Shown here: positions 16,900 through 26,311 of the stretch, in pieces
How positions within the stretch are numbered: the stretch's first letter is position 1
Layout of the letters: every line of letters begins with the position of its first letter
Assembly: GCA_045655185.1 (NCBI GenBank)
Contig: JAZOOS010000034.1
Span: forward strand, 84,744-148,743
Length of the DNA stretch: 64,000 bases
Direction of reading: 5' to 3'
From: Eubacteriales bacterium
GTDB lineage: Bacteria > Bacillota > Clostridia > Oscillospirales > CAG-272
The notes under the pieces: model-generated
What the model was told of the DNA's origin: nothing
The model's input: only the letters and a program-made list of their open reading frames with translations
Database searches by the model: none
Position numbers and translations under genes: made by a program

Positions 16900-17050
16900 T
16901 TTTCCACGTTTTTCACAGCTTGTCGGTGGAAAACTCGTGGGTTGTTGCGGAAAAAGAAAGCAAGATTGCCTTTTTTTCAATAAAATTAGGATATGTAAAG
17001 CATAAGTTACACACATTTTCCACTTTTTCTCGGTGGAAAACTTTTTCTTT
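16900..17050. repeat. Two inverted-repeat pairs TTTTCCAC...GTGGAAAA
   Basis: Pair 1 is 16900-16907 / 16926-16933. Pair 2 is 17026-17033 / 17043-17050 and is followed by a T-rich run. The flanks are similar (..tcGGTGGAAAACT). Confidence 0.8.
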
Positions 17051-17272
17051 TATTTTTCGCCTTTTCTGCATTTTGCCCACTTGACAAAAAAATACACCGA
17101 ACAAGAGAAGAAAAAATATCTCTTCAAAACCGCCTTTTCTTGCCAAGAACGGGAAAAAGAAAATTCAAAAAATCAAAAAGCAAAAAAGACTTACCTCCCC
17201 TCGCTAACCCCCTCGCCGTTTTGTCGAAAAAAACAGAAAAAAGACCGATTTTTGTAAACAGCGATTTACAAC

Positions 17273-17306
17273 AAAAAAGCACGGATTCCGTGCTTTTCTT
17301 TTTTTT
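17273..17306. terminator. Bidirectional terminator 3' of ruvB
   Basis: Hairpin GCACGG-att-CCGTGC flanked by A6 and a T-run. Confidence 0.75.
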
Positions 17307-17307
17307 G

Positions 17308-18354
17308 TTATTCCTCGTCGATCGAGATCTGATCTCCGCTTCCGTAACGGATACCGAGATGCTCGTACGCGCGACGGGTAACGCAACGCCCGCGGGGCGT
17401 GCGGCTGATAAAGCCGATCTGCAAAAGATACGGCTCGTAAACGTCCTCAATGGTGATGGCCTCTTCGCCCGTCGTGGCGGCCAGCGTTTCAAGGCCGACG
17501 GGGCCACCGTCATAATAACGGATCATCGCCTCTAACATACGGCGGTCGGTACCGTCGAGCCCAAGGTCGTCGATCTCCAGCATCGCAAGCCCTGCCTTGG
17601 CGATATCCTTGGTGATCACGCCGTTCCCCTTTACGAGGGCGTAGTCGCGCACGCGCTTTAAGAGGCGGTTGGCGATACGCGGCGTCCCGCGGGAGCGAGA
17701 GGCGATCTCACGTGCCCCGTCTTCGTCGATCTCCACCTCAAGGATCGAGGCGCTGCGGATAACGATCGAGGCAAGCTCGTCGGTCGTGTAAAGTTCAAGT
17801 TTTAGGGGAATACCAAAGCGATCGCGAAGCGGCGTCGTCAGCTGCCCGGCTCTGGTCGTCGCGCCGATCAGGGTAAAGCGGGGAAGGGGGAGGCGAAGCG
17901 ATTGGGCGCTGGGCCCTTTACCGATGATAAGGTCAAGGGCGTAGTCCTCCATCGCGGGGTATAAGATCTCTTCGATCGAGCGCGAAAGGCGGTGGATCTC
18001 GTCGATAAAGAGAATATCGCCCTCGGCAAGGTTGGTTAAAATCGCGGCAAGATCCCCTTGCTTTTCGATTGCGGGACCCGAGGTCGTACGGATGTTGACC
18101 CCCATTTCGTTGGCAATGATATAAGAAAGGGTGGTTTTACCGAGCCCCGGGGGGCCGTAAAGCAGAATGTGATCAAGCGGCGCGCCGCGTTTTTTGGCGG
18201 CTTCGATATAAATTTTAAGGTTTTCCTTGGCTTTTTCCTGCCCTACGTATTCCGAAAGGCGCTTCGGGCGAAGACCAAGATCGATCTCCCCGTCCGCCTC
18301 GGTCGCCTCTTGGGAGAGCAGGCGGTTTTCAAAATCAAATTCAGTCATTTCCAT
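17308..18354 (-). CDS. ruvB: Holliday junction branch-migration helicase RuvB
   Basis: 348-aa ORF with Walker [10 protein letters not shown], the FIDEIHRL sensor and typical RuvB length. Confidence 0.95.
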   Translation of the reverse strand: MEMTEFDFENRLLSQEATEADGEIDLGLRPKRLSEYVGQEKAKENLKIYIEAAKKRGAPLDHILLYGPPGLGKTTLSYIIANEMGVNIRTTSGPAIEKQGDLAAILTNLAEGDILFIDEIHRLSRSIEEILYPAMEDYALDLIIGKGPSAQSLRLPLPRFTLIGATTRAGQLTTPLRDRFGIPLKLELYTTDELASIVIRSASILEVEIDEDGAREIASRSRGTPRIANRLLKRVRDYALVKGNGVITKDIAKAGLAMLEIDDLGLDGTDRRMLEAMIRYYDGGPVGLETLAATTGEEAITIEDVYEPYLLQIGFISRTPRGRCVTRRAYEHLGIRYGSGDQISIDEE

Positions 18355-18364
18355 CGGCTATACC

Positions 18365-18976
18365 TCACGCTTTCGCAAAGCCCTTTAAGGCGGCCTTGAT
18401 AATTTCCTCTAAGGTCATATCGGCGGTGTTCAGTCCGCGCAGAACCTCGGTGGCCTCGGCGCGGCTGTATCCAAGGCCTGTCAAAACCTCGGCGGCCTCC
18501 GAAAGCTTTCCGCTCATCTTCGGGGTAGCCTTCGTCGCACCGCCGACCGTCGGCAAAGCCGTGATCGCGTCGCCCGAGATCTTTTCCTTTAATTCAAGAA
18601 TGATGCGGGCGGCGGTCTTAGCCCCGATACCGGGGGCTTTGGCAAGCGCCTTCGTATCCTCACTGCAGATGATCCTTGTCAGCGCTTCGGGAGAAAAGGC
18701 GGAAAGAATACCCATTGAGGCCTTGGGGCCAACCCCCGATACGGTATTGAGAAGGCGGAAAAATTCCAGCTCCTCATGCGTACCGAAGCCAAAAAGCTCT
18801 ACGGCGTCCTCACGCACCTGCAGATGCGTAAAGAGCTTGACCGTACTCCCAAGACGCCCCGAGAGCGAATCGGCCGTTAAAAGCGAAACCGTCAGCTTAT
18901 AGCCGACGCCGCCAACGTCAATCACAGCGAACGAGCTTTCCACAAGGCAAAGCTCACCCTTCAGATGATAAAACAT
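18365..18976 (-). CDS. ruvA: Holliday junction DNA-binding protein RuvA
   Basis: 203-aa ORF starting MFYHLKGEL..., with HhH motifs LLNTVSGVGPK and KAPGIGAKTA. Confidence 0.95.
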   Translation of the reverse strand: MFYHLKGELCLVESSFAVIDVGGVGYKLTVSLLTADSLSGRLGSTVKLFTHLQVREDAVELFGFGTHEELEFFRLLNTVSGVGPKASMGILSAFSPEALTRIICSEDTKALAKAPGIGAKTAARIILELKEKISGDAITALPTVGGATKATPKMSGKLSEAAEVLTGLGYSRAEATEVLRGLNTADMTLEEIIKAALKGFAKA

Positions 18977-21746
18977 ACGCAGTATCCTTTCCGGCGGCTA
19001 CGGCCGCCCCTTTCCTTTTTTTAAGGAAAAATTCAAGCATAACGATTGAAATAAATGTGCCGCAGCCACCCGCCGTTATCCATAGGGCGATGCGGTATTC
19101 GTTCGGGAAATAACGAAGCGTTAAGGTGTGTGTTCCGGGGGTAAGATCAAAGGCGATCAGGGCATCCAGCGTTTTGTAGGTTTCGATCGGTTCACCGTCT
19201 ACCTCTACCTGCCAGCCGGCATCGTAGGGAATGGTCGTAAGAATGGTTTCCTGCCCCTCTTTGACCGTAATTTTGCCCGAGAAGAAATCCTCGGTACATT
19301 CCTCCACCTCGTAAGAGGAGGCGGAAAGCGTTCTGATCACGCGGTCATACACCTCTTTATCAAGATAAAAGAAGCAATCGGCATAGCGGTCAATGTTGAT
19401 CCCATCCTCGCCAAACGTAAAGGAAACTGTACAGCTTTCGCCCGCTTTATAGGTACCGAGGCAAAGGTATCCCGTCGTTCCGTCGGTAAAATATTCGTCC
19501 TTTTCCACACCGTTGAGCGCCCAGGTCGCTGTGGTGTAGCGATAGTAGGGGACGGGGAAATAGGCGTACAGCTCACCGTCGGCGGGGGCGGTAACGGTAA
19601 AGCTTGCCACACCCTTTTGCGAGGGGTCGATCGGCTTATAGGCAGAGCTGTAATTGTATTTGGAATTCTTTCCGCTATACGTGTATTTGATGGGCCTAAA
19701 AAGCTTGCATTCTTCCCCGATCAGCGCCGAAGCCAGCGCGTTCATCCGTTCAAAGGGAGAAACGTAATTAAGGACCTCTCTATCCTCTTCGGTGTCTTTA
19801 TCGGGGGAGACGAAGGTGATGCCGTTGATCTTTTCGGATACCCCAAAGGCAACCGACAGGGCGTTGGGATTCTTATATACCACTACGTCGCCGTTATCGT
19901 ATACCTTGCGGTAGGAAGCGGGGAAGACGGTTTTTTGGTCACCCGCGACGTATTTGACCGAAAGAAAGGAATCGGTAAAGGGGTTCGTTCCCGTGTAGCG
20001 CGAGGTATGCGAGGCCGAATAGTGCCCCATGCGGTTAAGGAAATAGATGGTCTCGCGGTTAAGGGTCGATGTTGAGCCCGAAAGACCGCGGATTCCAAAC
20101 ATATAAGGGTCATTGAGGTTCCGTCCGCTTAATTTTTCAAAGCGGTAAAAGGGATCTTCGTCCCCCGCCTTTACGGTGTTGATGGCATCTGCCCAGCGTT
20201 CCTCGTATTTTACATAGGAATCGTGCGTCGCGATCCCAACGTCCCACGTCAGCTCTGCCATATTGCAAAGGCCGCCCAAAAACAGCTCAAGGCAAACGAG
20301 TAAGCAGAGATAGAAGGAGGAAAGCGAGCGAATATCCTTTCGGTTTCGGTTGCAAAGAAACCAAGAAAAGACCGAGATATAGACCGCAAAGCAAGCGATC
20401 GTGCAAATAACGGGCAGATAGATCTCCTCTAAATTCCTAAGCTCAAAATGCTCTCCGAGAACGACGAGGAAAAGCCACGGCAACGCCGAAAGAAGCAACG
20501 TGCGCGATCGGTGGCGCGGAACCGACGAAAAGCCCTTGGCGGCCATCGTGACCATCAAAAAGCTAAGCATATAGCTATAACGGTAGTTTAGCCAGTTCGG
20601 CGCCTGAAAGCCGTGCCAGATAAGGTCGACGGTGTTAAAGGAGAAGGAGAAAACGAGGAGAAAGATCAAAAAGGAAACGCCGATCTTTTCGCGCGGCTTG
20701 ATATCCCGATTGAGATAAAAATAGGGGATAAGAAGCAAAACGAAGATGCTGCAATAAACGATCGGGAGCCCCTCGGGGCGTACCGTATCGTATGCGTCAA
20801 ATAAAAAGCCGCTTAAAAAATCAATAAGATCAAACTTCGAATAAAAATCGAAATTGGGGTCGGTAAAGGTGTTTTTTCCAAAGGTCAGCGAATAGGCGGC
20901 GGGGATCACGATCAGCGACCCGATCGCCCCCGCGATCAGCGAAAAGGCGCCGAAGCGGAAGAAGGTACGGGGCAGATGAAGGCGAATGCCGCGCGGGTTT
21001 CTTTCTTCCTTGGAAAGCGAGAAAAATTGGTAAAGGAAATAAAAGAAGGTGAAAATACAGGTCATATACCCGATATAGAAATTGGAAAGAATGGCAAGCG
21101 CCAAAGAAAGGGTATAAAGCTTGTATTTTCCTTCACGGATAAGCGAATAAAGCCCCACGGCGATCAGCGGCAAAAGAATGAGGTTGTCGATCCACATCGT
21201 GTTATGCTGCATAACGACCGCGTATCCCGAAAGGGCGTAGACCGCCGAAAAGAGCACCGTCGGCATCTTTTCGGTCGCGGTGGTCTTTTTAAGAAAATAC
21301 CCGAAGCTAAGCCCCGAAAGACCGCATTTGAGGATCAGCATAAAGAAGATCGCCTCGGTCATATTTTCCTTTGGAAAAAGGGCGACGATATAGGAAAGGG
21401 GAGAGGCTAAATAGTAAGCGTAGATCCCCAAAAATTCGCCGCCGAGCGCGCGGGAAAAGGAGTAAAGTAGGCTTTTGTCACCCCATACGCAATCACGTAG
21501 CGCCTCAAAGAAATAGATATACTGACCGTTCAGATCTAGCGTTAAAACGGTGCGGAAGCCAAAGGGCCATGCCCCCATAAAAACGTAGATAAGAAGCATC
21601 AAAAGAAAGGGAAGGGCAAAGCAAAGGGCAAGATACGAGGAATCGTGCCTTTGATAAAAGGAAAGGCAATAGTCGTATATGCGGCGCGGCAGCGCCTTTG
21701 CCTTTCCGTAAAGGGCGCTGCATACCGCACCAACCCTCCTTTTCAT
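18954..21746 (-). CDS. yfhO: YfhO-family polytopic membrane protein (GT-C-like glycosyltransferase), paralog 2
   Basis: 930-aa ORF with the YfhO signature SLLYSFSRALGGEFLGIYAYYLASPLS, many TM segments and a C-terminal anchor. The stop lies 23 nt inside ruvA. Confidence 0.85.
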   Translation of the reverse strand: MKRRVGAVCSALYGKAKALPRRIYDYCLSFYQRHDSSYLALCFALPFLLMLLIYVFMGAWPFGFRTVLTLDLNGQYIYFFEALRDCVWGDKSLLYSFSRALGGEFLGIYAYYLASPLSYIVALFPKENMTEAIFFMLILKCGLSGLSFGYFLKKTTATEKMPTVLFSAVYALSGYAVVMQHNTMWIDNLILLPLIAVGLYSLIREGKYKLYTLSLALAILSNFYIGYMTCIFTFFYFLYQFFSLSKEERNPRGIRLHLPRTFFRFGAFSLIAGAIGSLIVIPAAYSLTFGKNTFTDPNFDFYSKFDLIDFLSGFLFDAYDTVRPEGLPIVYCSIFVLLLIPYFYLNRDIKPREKIGVSFLIFLLVFSFSFNTVDLIWHGFQAPNWLNYRYSYMLSFLMVTMAAKGFSSVPRHRSRTLLLSALPWLFLVVLGEHFELRNLEEIYLPVICTIACFAVYISVFSWFLCNRNRKDIRSLSSFYLCLLVCLELFLGGLCNMAELTWDVGIATHDSYVKYEERWADAINTVKAGDEDPFYRFEKLSGRNLNDPYMFGIRGLSGSTSTLNRETIYFLNRMGHYSASHTSRYTGTNPFTDSFLSVKYVAGDQKTVFPASYRKVYDNGDVVVYKNPNALSVAFGVSEKINGITFVSPDKDTEEDREVLNYVSPFERMNALASALIGEECKLFRPIKYTYSGKNSKYNYSSAYKPIDPSQKGVASFTVTAPADGELYAYFPVPYYRYTTATWALNGVEKDEYFTDGTTGYLCLGTYKAGESCTVSFTFGEDGINIDRYADCFFYLDKEVYDRVIRTLSASSYEVEECTEDFFSGKITVKEGQETILTTIPYDAGWQVEVDGEPIETYKTLDALIAFDLTPGTHTLTLRYFPNEYRIALWITAGGCGTFISIVMLEFFLKKRKGAAVAAGKDTAYVLSSEG

Positions 21747-21747
21747 A

Positions 21748-24700
21748 TCAGCGGCGGCGTTTCTTTCGGGATTGGCCGTAGGTGGAGGGCTTATGGGGAG
21801 CTTTTGTTGTCTCGTTTTTCGTTTTTTCGGTTACCGCTTCCGATCTATCGGTCGGTAAGCACCATAGGAGGAAGCGGTTTTTGGGTGCGATCTTTCCCTT
21901 TTTCGTAAGGATTTCAAGGGTAATCAATCCACCGAACAGCAAAACGCCGCCGATCGAGAGGAGAAGGCCGACCGTATAAATCGCGGGGCGGTAAGAAAGG
22001 GTTACTTCGTATTCCCCCGCCGCCGGCAGGTCAAAGGCAAGCAGAGCGTCTGCGGTCTTATAGGTTTCAACCGCTTTTCCGTCTACCGAAACACGCCAGC
22101 CGGCATCGTAGGGAATGGTGGTCTGTACGGCGGTCATTCCTTCTTTTGCATTGATCGTACCCGCCATAAAGTCGTCTTCGAATCTGTCAAGCTCCAGTCC
22201 ACTGTCACGAAGAAGCGCGGTGGCGGTCGCAAGATCGGTTTCGTCCAACGTGTAGAAATAAGGGGTACCGTTATCAATGAGATAAAATTCCCCATATTTA
22301 AAGCAGGTAAGAGAAACGGTTACGGTCTCGCCGGGGGTAAAGCTGCCAAGGCAGACGATGGACGCATACGCGGCGCATCCGGGATAAATCACGGTATCGT
22401 TAAAGGGCTGGCCGTTGAGGTAAAGGCGAGCCTCACGCGGGTATTGCGAGGGGAAATAGCAGTATACCGGTTGCCCGTTATCGGGGGCGGTGAAGGTAAA
22501 GACCAAGCGGTCGTTGTTGCTGTCCTTGTTTTCGGTTTTCACGCCGATCCGCCCAAAGGAGGGAATCTCCTTTTTCAGGGCTCCCATCGTTGAGATCGTA
22601 GAAGCGATAGGATCATAAACGGTAAGATCGGCGATCCCCGTCAGGCCCGAATACAGCGCGTTGATCCGTTGGAATGGGGAGAAGAGCGAGTCGGCGTATT
22701 CTTCCTTCAACTGCCAGCCGTCGTCCCCCATTTCATAGGTTTCGTCGGATTCCTCGGGAACGGTAAAATCAAGATCCTTGATCGGCTTTGCCGCAAAGGC
22801 AAGCGGCAGGGCGTAGGGGTTTTGATAGATGACGGTGCCGCTTTCGGTATTTTCCTTTACAAGGCAGTAAATAGGATCGACCGTCTCTCCGTTTTTCGCG
22901 ATCCAATATTTCACCCCGAGGAAAGCGCCCGAGGCGGGGGTAGCCCCCGTCGCCTCGCTCCAATGCGAGTTGGCCTTCAGCCCCAGCTTGTCCATAAAGT
23001 GAATGACAGAGGCGTTAAGCGTCGAGGTAGAGGAGGCAAGACCGTTATAGCCCAAAACGAAGGAGTCGCACACCGTATGCTGGAAGGTCTTATCCACGCG
23101 GTAGAAAAGATCGGGGTCGTTTTGTGCCAGATAATGAAAGTCATCATTATATACGTCGTAAAAGCCGTGATAGGATTCGTAATTCGAGATCACGACGTCC
23201 TCGTTTTGCCGATTGAGGTAATGGATTCCGCTAAGCAAGGTTTCGGCCGAGATGAAGAGGGTCAGCGCCATGGCGATCGGCTCGATCTTCGGGGAATTCT
23301 TCTCATGCTCGCCAAGCAGCATGAAAATCAGGGCGTAGATCAAAACGAAGCCGAGGGTGAACCAAACGCCGTACAGATCGTCAAAGTATTCGTAAGAGGT
23401 GCCGTTGGTTTCGCAGGTAAGCCCCAGCTTTTGCAGAACAATGGCGATCATGATCACCCCACCCGCCGAGGCAAGAATTGGCTTATAGCCAAGTTCGTGA
23501 AGGCTTCCGACCGTACGCGCCGAAAGCAAGAGCACAACGAAGATGAAGAGAAAGCTGTAACGGTAGTTCAGCCAGTTGGGGGCTTGCATACCGTGCCAGA
23601 AGATATCGATGGGATCGATATACATACTGAGAAACAGCGCAAGGAGCAAAAGACCCGAGGCGATCTTTTCGCGCGGGGCGCGCTTGGTAAAGAAATAAAG
23701 CGGCAGAAGAAGCAGGGCAGGGATACCCGCGGATACGAAGGGGGTTCCCTCGGGGCGCACCGTGTCGTAAGCGCCGGGGAACATTTTTACCAAAAAGTCG
23801 AGAATATCGAAATTAAAGCCAAAGGCATAATCGGGGTTGGTAAAGGTGGTCTTTCCAAAGGTAAGCGAATAATAAGCGGGCAGAAGAAGGATCGCGGCGA
23901 TCAAGGCGCCGATCAGCGAATAAAGCGCAAAGCGCCCCGTCGAATAAAGAAAATGATGCGCCTCCTTCGTCGGGTTCACCTCATTTTTCTCATGGGAAAA
24001 GAAATCGTAGAGGAAATAAAGAACGGTGAAGATCGAGATCATGTATCCGATATAATAGTTGCAAAGCAGAATAAGAGAAAGCGTTGCGATATAAAGGATC
24101 GGGCTCTTGCGGCGGATGATACGGTGAAGCCCCAGCATCAGAAGAGGCAAAAGCATCATGCCGTCCATCCACATGGTGTTGTGCTGCATCACGATACTGT
24201 AAGAGGAGAGGGCGTAAAGGATTGAAAGCGCAACCGTTAAGGCCTTGTGCGGGCGCTCGGTATAATGCAAAAACGCGCCGAAGGAAAGCCCCGCGGTCCC
24301 GGCCTTTAAAACGAAGATAAGAAGTAACGCTTCAAGGATCCCCTCCTCCGAGAAAAGACCGACGAGCAGCGAGAAGGGAGAGGCAAGATAATAGGTGTAA
24401 ATGCCGAGAAACTCACCGCCAAGCGAGCGCGAGAAGGAATAAAGCAGGCTTCCGTCTCCGTGCAGCATGGCGCGGAAGGCGGCGAAGAATTGCACGTATT
24501 GCCCGTTCAGATCAAGCACGAGGACTGAGCTTTCGCCAAAGGGATACACATCCTTGGCCACGTAAATAAGGAGCATGACGGCGGCAGAAAGGAAAAAGCT
24601 CCAAATGAGAAAAGAGCCGTCAAAGCGCGCAAAAAAGGCGTCGACCTTATCAAAAAAGCCGGGCTTTTTATCGGGATCCTTTTCGGGGGGCGAAAGCTTT

Positions 24701-24750
24701 TTCGCGACTTTTTCGAAAAAGGATTCTACGGCAGAAAGGAATTTATGCAT
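21748..24750 (-). CDS. yfhO: YfhO-family polytopic membrane protein, paralog 1
   Basis: 1000-aa ORF with SLLYSFSRSLGGEFLGIYTYYLASPFS and the shared C-terminal block TIPYDAGWRVSVDGK. Its TGA stop (21748-21750) lies 1 nt from the ATG of paralog 2. Confidence 0.85.
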   Translation of the reverse strand: MHKFLSAVESFFEKVAKKLSPPEKDPDKKPGFFDKVDAFFARFDGSFLIWSFFLSAAVMLLIYVAKDVYPFGESSVLVLDLNGQYVQFFAAFRAMLHGDGSLLYSFSRSLGGEFLGIYTYYLASPFSLLVGLFSEEGILEALLLIFVLKAGTAGLSFGAFLHYTERPHKALTVALSILYALSSYSIVMQHNTMWMDGMMLLPLLMLGLHRIIRRKSPILYIATLSLILLCNYYIGYMISIFTVLYFLYDFFSHEKNEVNPTKEAHHFLYSTGRFALYSLIGALIAAILLLPAYYSLTFGKTTFTNPDYAFGFNFDILDFLVKMFPGAYDTVRPEGTPFVSAGIPALLLLPLYFFTKRAPREKIASGLLLLALFLSMYIDPIDIFWHGMQAPNWLNYRYSFLFIFVVLLLSARTVGSLHELGYKPILASAGGVIMIAIVLQKLGLTCETNGTSYEYFDDLYGVWFTLGFVLIYALIFMLLGEHEKNSPKIEPIAMALTLFISAETLLSGIHYLNRQNEDVVISNYESYHGFYDVYNDDFHYLAQNDPDLFYRVDKTFQHTVCDSFVLGYNGLASSTSTLNASVIHFMDKLGLKANSHWSEATGATPASGAFLGVKYWIAKNGETVDPIYCLVKENTESGTVIYQNPYALPLAFAAKPIKDLDFTVPEESDETYEMGDDGWQLKEEYADSLFSPFQRINALYSGLTGIADLTVYDPIASTISTMGALKKEIPSFGRIGVKTENKDSNNDRLVFTFTAPDNGQPVYCYFPSQYPREARLYLNGQPFNDTVIYPGCAAYASIVCLGSFTPGETVTVSLTCFKYGEFYLIDNGTPYFYTLDETDLATATALLRDSGLELDRFEDDFMAGTINAKEGMTAVQTTIPYDAGWRVSVDGKAVETYKTADALLAFDLPAAGEYEVTLSYRPAIYTVGLLLSIGGVLLFGGLITLEILTKKGKIAPKNRFLLWCLPTDRSEAVTEKTKNETTKAPHKPSTYGQSRKKRRR

Positions 24751-24855
24751 AAGGGGGGCTCCTCCAAGCGATATTTATACTTGTATAGTATATCATATTT
24801 GTGAAAGGAAAGTAAAGGTATTCGTGTATTTTTTTGAAAAATAAGGAAAAAAATT

Positions 24856-24883
24856 TTGACTTTCCAAAAAATAGTGCTATAAT
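24856..24883 (+). promoter_or_regulatory. Promoter TTGACT-N16-TATAAT (TGn extended) for ruvC
   Basis: Hexamers at 24856-24861 and 24878-24883. Confidence 0.6.
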
Positions 24884-24929
24884 ATAATTGTGTAATATTG
24901 TTTAGTGAAAAGCCGAAAGGGGGGATCGT

Positions 24930-25427
24930 ATGCGCATCTTGGGAATTGACCCGGGGCTTGCCATCGTCGGATGGGGGGTTATCGAAAAGCACGGTATCCG
25001 TTCTATCCCCGTTGCCTGCGGCGCTATAAGGACCCCCGCGCATACCAAAACCGAGGATCGGTTGTTGCAGATCGCCAAGGATATGGATACCCTGATCAAG
25101 CGGTATCACCCCGACGAAATGGCGGTTGAAGAGCTTTTCTTCAATACGAATATCACCACGGGCATCACGGTGGCCGAGGCGCGCGGCGTTATTCTGACGG
25201 TGGCGACCCACCACGGAATAAAGATCAGCGAATATACGCCCTTGCAGGTAAAGCAGGCGGTGGTTGGCTACGGAAAGGCCGATAAGCGGCAGGTGATCGC
25301 GATGGTTACCTCGATTTTAAAGCTACCGGAGCCCCCGAAGCCCGACGATACGGCAGACGCTCTGGCGATCGCCGTATGTCACGCCCAGAGCGCCTCGTCG
25401 CTTCTGGCATCCTATTTTAACAAATGA
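24930..25427 (+). CDS. ruvC: Crossover junction endodeoxyribonuclease RuvC
   Basis: 165-aa ORF starting MRILGIDPGLAIVGWG, with the C-terminal DTADALAIAVCH. Confidence 0.95.
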   Translation: MRILGIDPGLAIVGWGVIEKHGIRSIPVACGAIRTPAHTKTEDRLLQIAKDMDTLIKRYHPDEMAVEELFFNTNITTGITVAEARGVILTVATHHGIKISEYTPLQVKQAVVGYGKADKRQVIAMVTSILKLPEPPKPDDTADALAIAVCHAQSASSLLASYFNK

Positions 25428-25442
25428 ACGGAAAAGAGAAGT

Positions 25443-26303
25443 ATGTGGACAAGCGATAAATGGAAGGATTACGAGCTGCTCGATACCTCCGACGGTGAGA
25501 GGTTGGAGCGTTGGGGAAAGTATATTCTGATCCGCCCCGATCCCCAAGTCATTTGGCATACCGAGCGCGATCCCGCCCTTTGGGGGCGTGCCGACGCCGG
25601 CTATAAGCGCTCTCGCAGCGGCGGCGGAAAATGGAGTGAGAATAACCTGCCCGAGAAATGGAAGATCACCTACCGTGACCTTACCTTCCGCGTGCATCCG
25701 ACCGGCTTTAAGCACACCGGTCTTTTCCCCGAGCAGGCGGCCAACTGGGATTTTATGCGCGATCTTATCACAAAGGCGGGGCGCCCCATTAAGGTATTGA
25801 ATCTGTTTGCCTATACGGGTGGGGCGACGGTCGCTGCCGCGAAGGCGGGGGCATCGGTCTGCCACGTAGACGCCGCGCGCGGTATGGTCGAGGCGGCGCG
25901 TGAGAATGCCGCCCTTTCGGGTCTTTCGGATGCGCCGATCCGCTATATCGTAGACGATTGTAAGAAATTCGTAGAGCGAGAGATCCGCCGCGGCAACCGC
26001 TACGACGCGATCATTATGGACCCGCCGTCCTACGGTCGCGGCCCCGGGGGTGAGGTATGGAAGATCGAGGAGTGTATCGACGGGCTCTTGACGCTCGTTT
26101 CCCAAGTGCTTTCGGATAATCCCTTGTTCTTTTTATTGAATTCGTACACGACGGGGCTCGCCGTTTCCGCTATGCGGTATATGACCGAGCTTCGGATTGG
26201 CTCCCGCTTCGGCGGTAAAAGCGAGGCGGAGGAGTTAGGCTTGCCGGTTAAGAAGACCGGCGGTATTCTGCCGTGCGGCGGCAGCGTTCGCCATATCTTT
26301 TAG
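25443..26303 (+). CDS. Class I SAM-dependent (RlmI/YcbY-like rRNA) methyltransferase
   Basis: 286-aa ORF with SAM motif I VLNLFAYTGGATVAAA and the DPPSYGRG catalytic block. Confidence 0.75.
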   Translation: MWTSDKWKDYELLDTSDGERLERWGKYILIRPDPQVIWHTERDPALWGRADAGYKRSRSGGGKWSENNLPEKWKITYRDLTFRVHPTGFKHTGLFPEQAANWDFMRDLITKAGRPIKVLNLFAYTGGATVAAAKAGASVCHVDAARGMVEAARENAALSGLSDAPIRYIVDDCKKFVEREIRRGNRYDAIIMDPPSYGRGPGGEVWKIEECIDGLLTLVSQVLSDNPLFFLLNSYTTGLAVSAMRYMTELRIGSRFGGKSEAEELGLPVKKTGGILPCGGSVRHIF

Positions 26304-26311
26304 GAGGAAAC

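Noticed and set aside
16886-17005. A 39-aa ORF (MTKNYFPRFSQLVGGKLVGCCGKRKQDCLFFNKIRICKA) inside the long intergenic region.
   Set aside because: It has no SD or promoter, and its sequence is dictated by the inverted repeats. It is most likely fortuitous.
16985-17012. AGGATATGTAAAGCATAAGT resembles the XerD arm of the Firmicute dif site (..TATTATGTAAACT).
   Set aside because: Only the ATGTAAA core matches. The XerC arm and the central region do not match.
16900-17050. The DnaA-box-like octamers could mark oriC.
   Set aside because: There is no dnaA/dnaN neighbourhood. Every box deviates from TTATCCACA at two positions (3 and 9). There are only four copies. I keep it as a possible secondary DnaA-box cluster or hairpin pair, not an origin.
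22669-24225. Long antisense ORFs opposite real genes. These are 518 aa at 22669-24225; 315 aa at 19128-20075; 302 aa at 8769-9677; 260 aa at 25323-26105; 262 aa at 26396-27184; 229 aa at 27144-27833; 406 aa at 48847-50067; 438 aa at 58503-59819; 224 aa at 57771-58445; 243 aa at 32015-32746; 246 aa at 33355-34095; and 253 aa at 14657-15418.
   Set aside because: Each lies fully inside a gene with unmistakable family motifs on the other strand. Their translations are low-complexity and Arg/Gly/Lys-rich, and they lack SD sequences. These are typical shadow ORFs of moderately GC-rich coding DNA.
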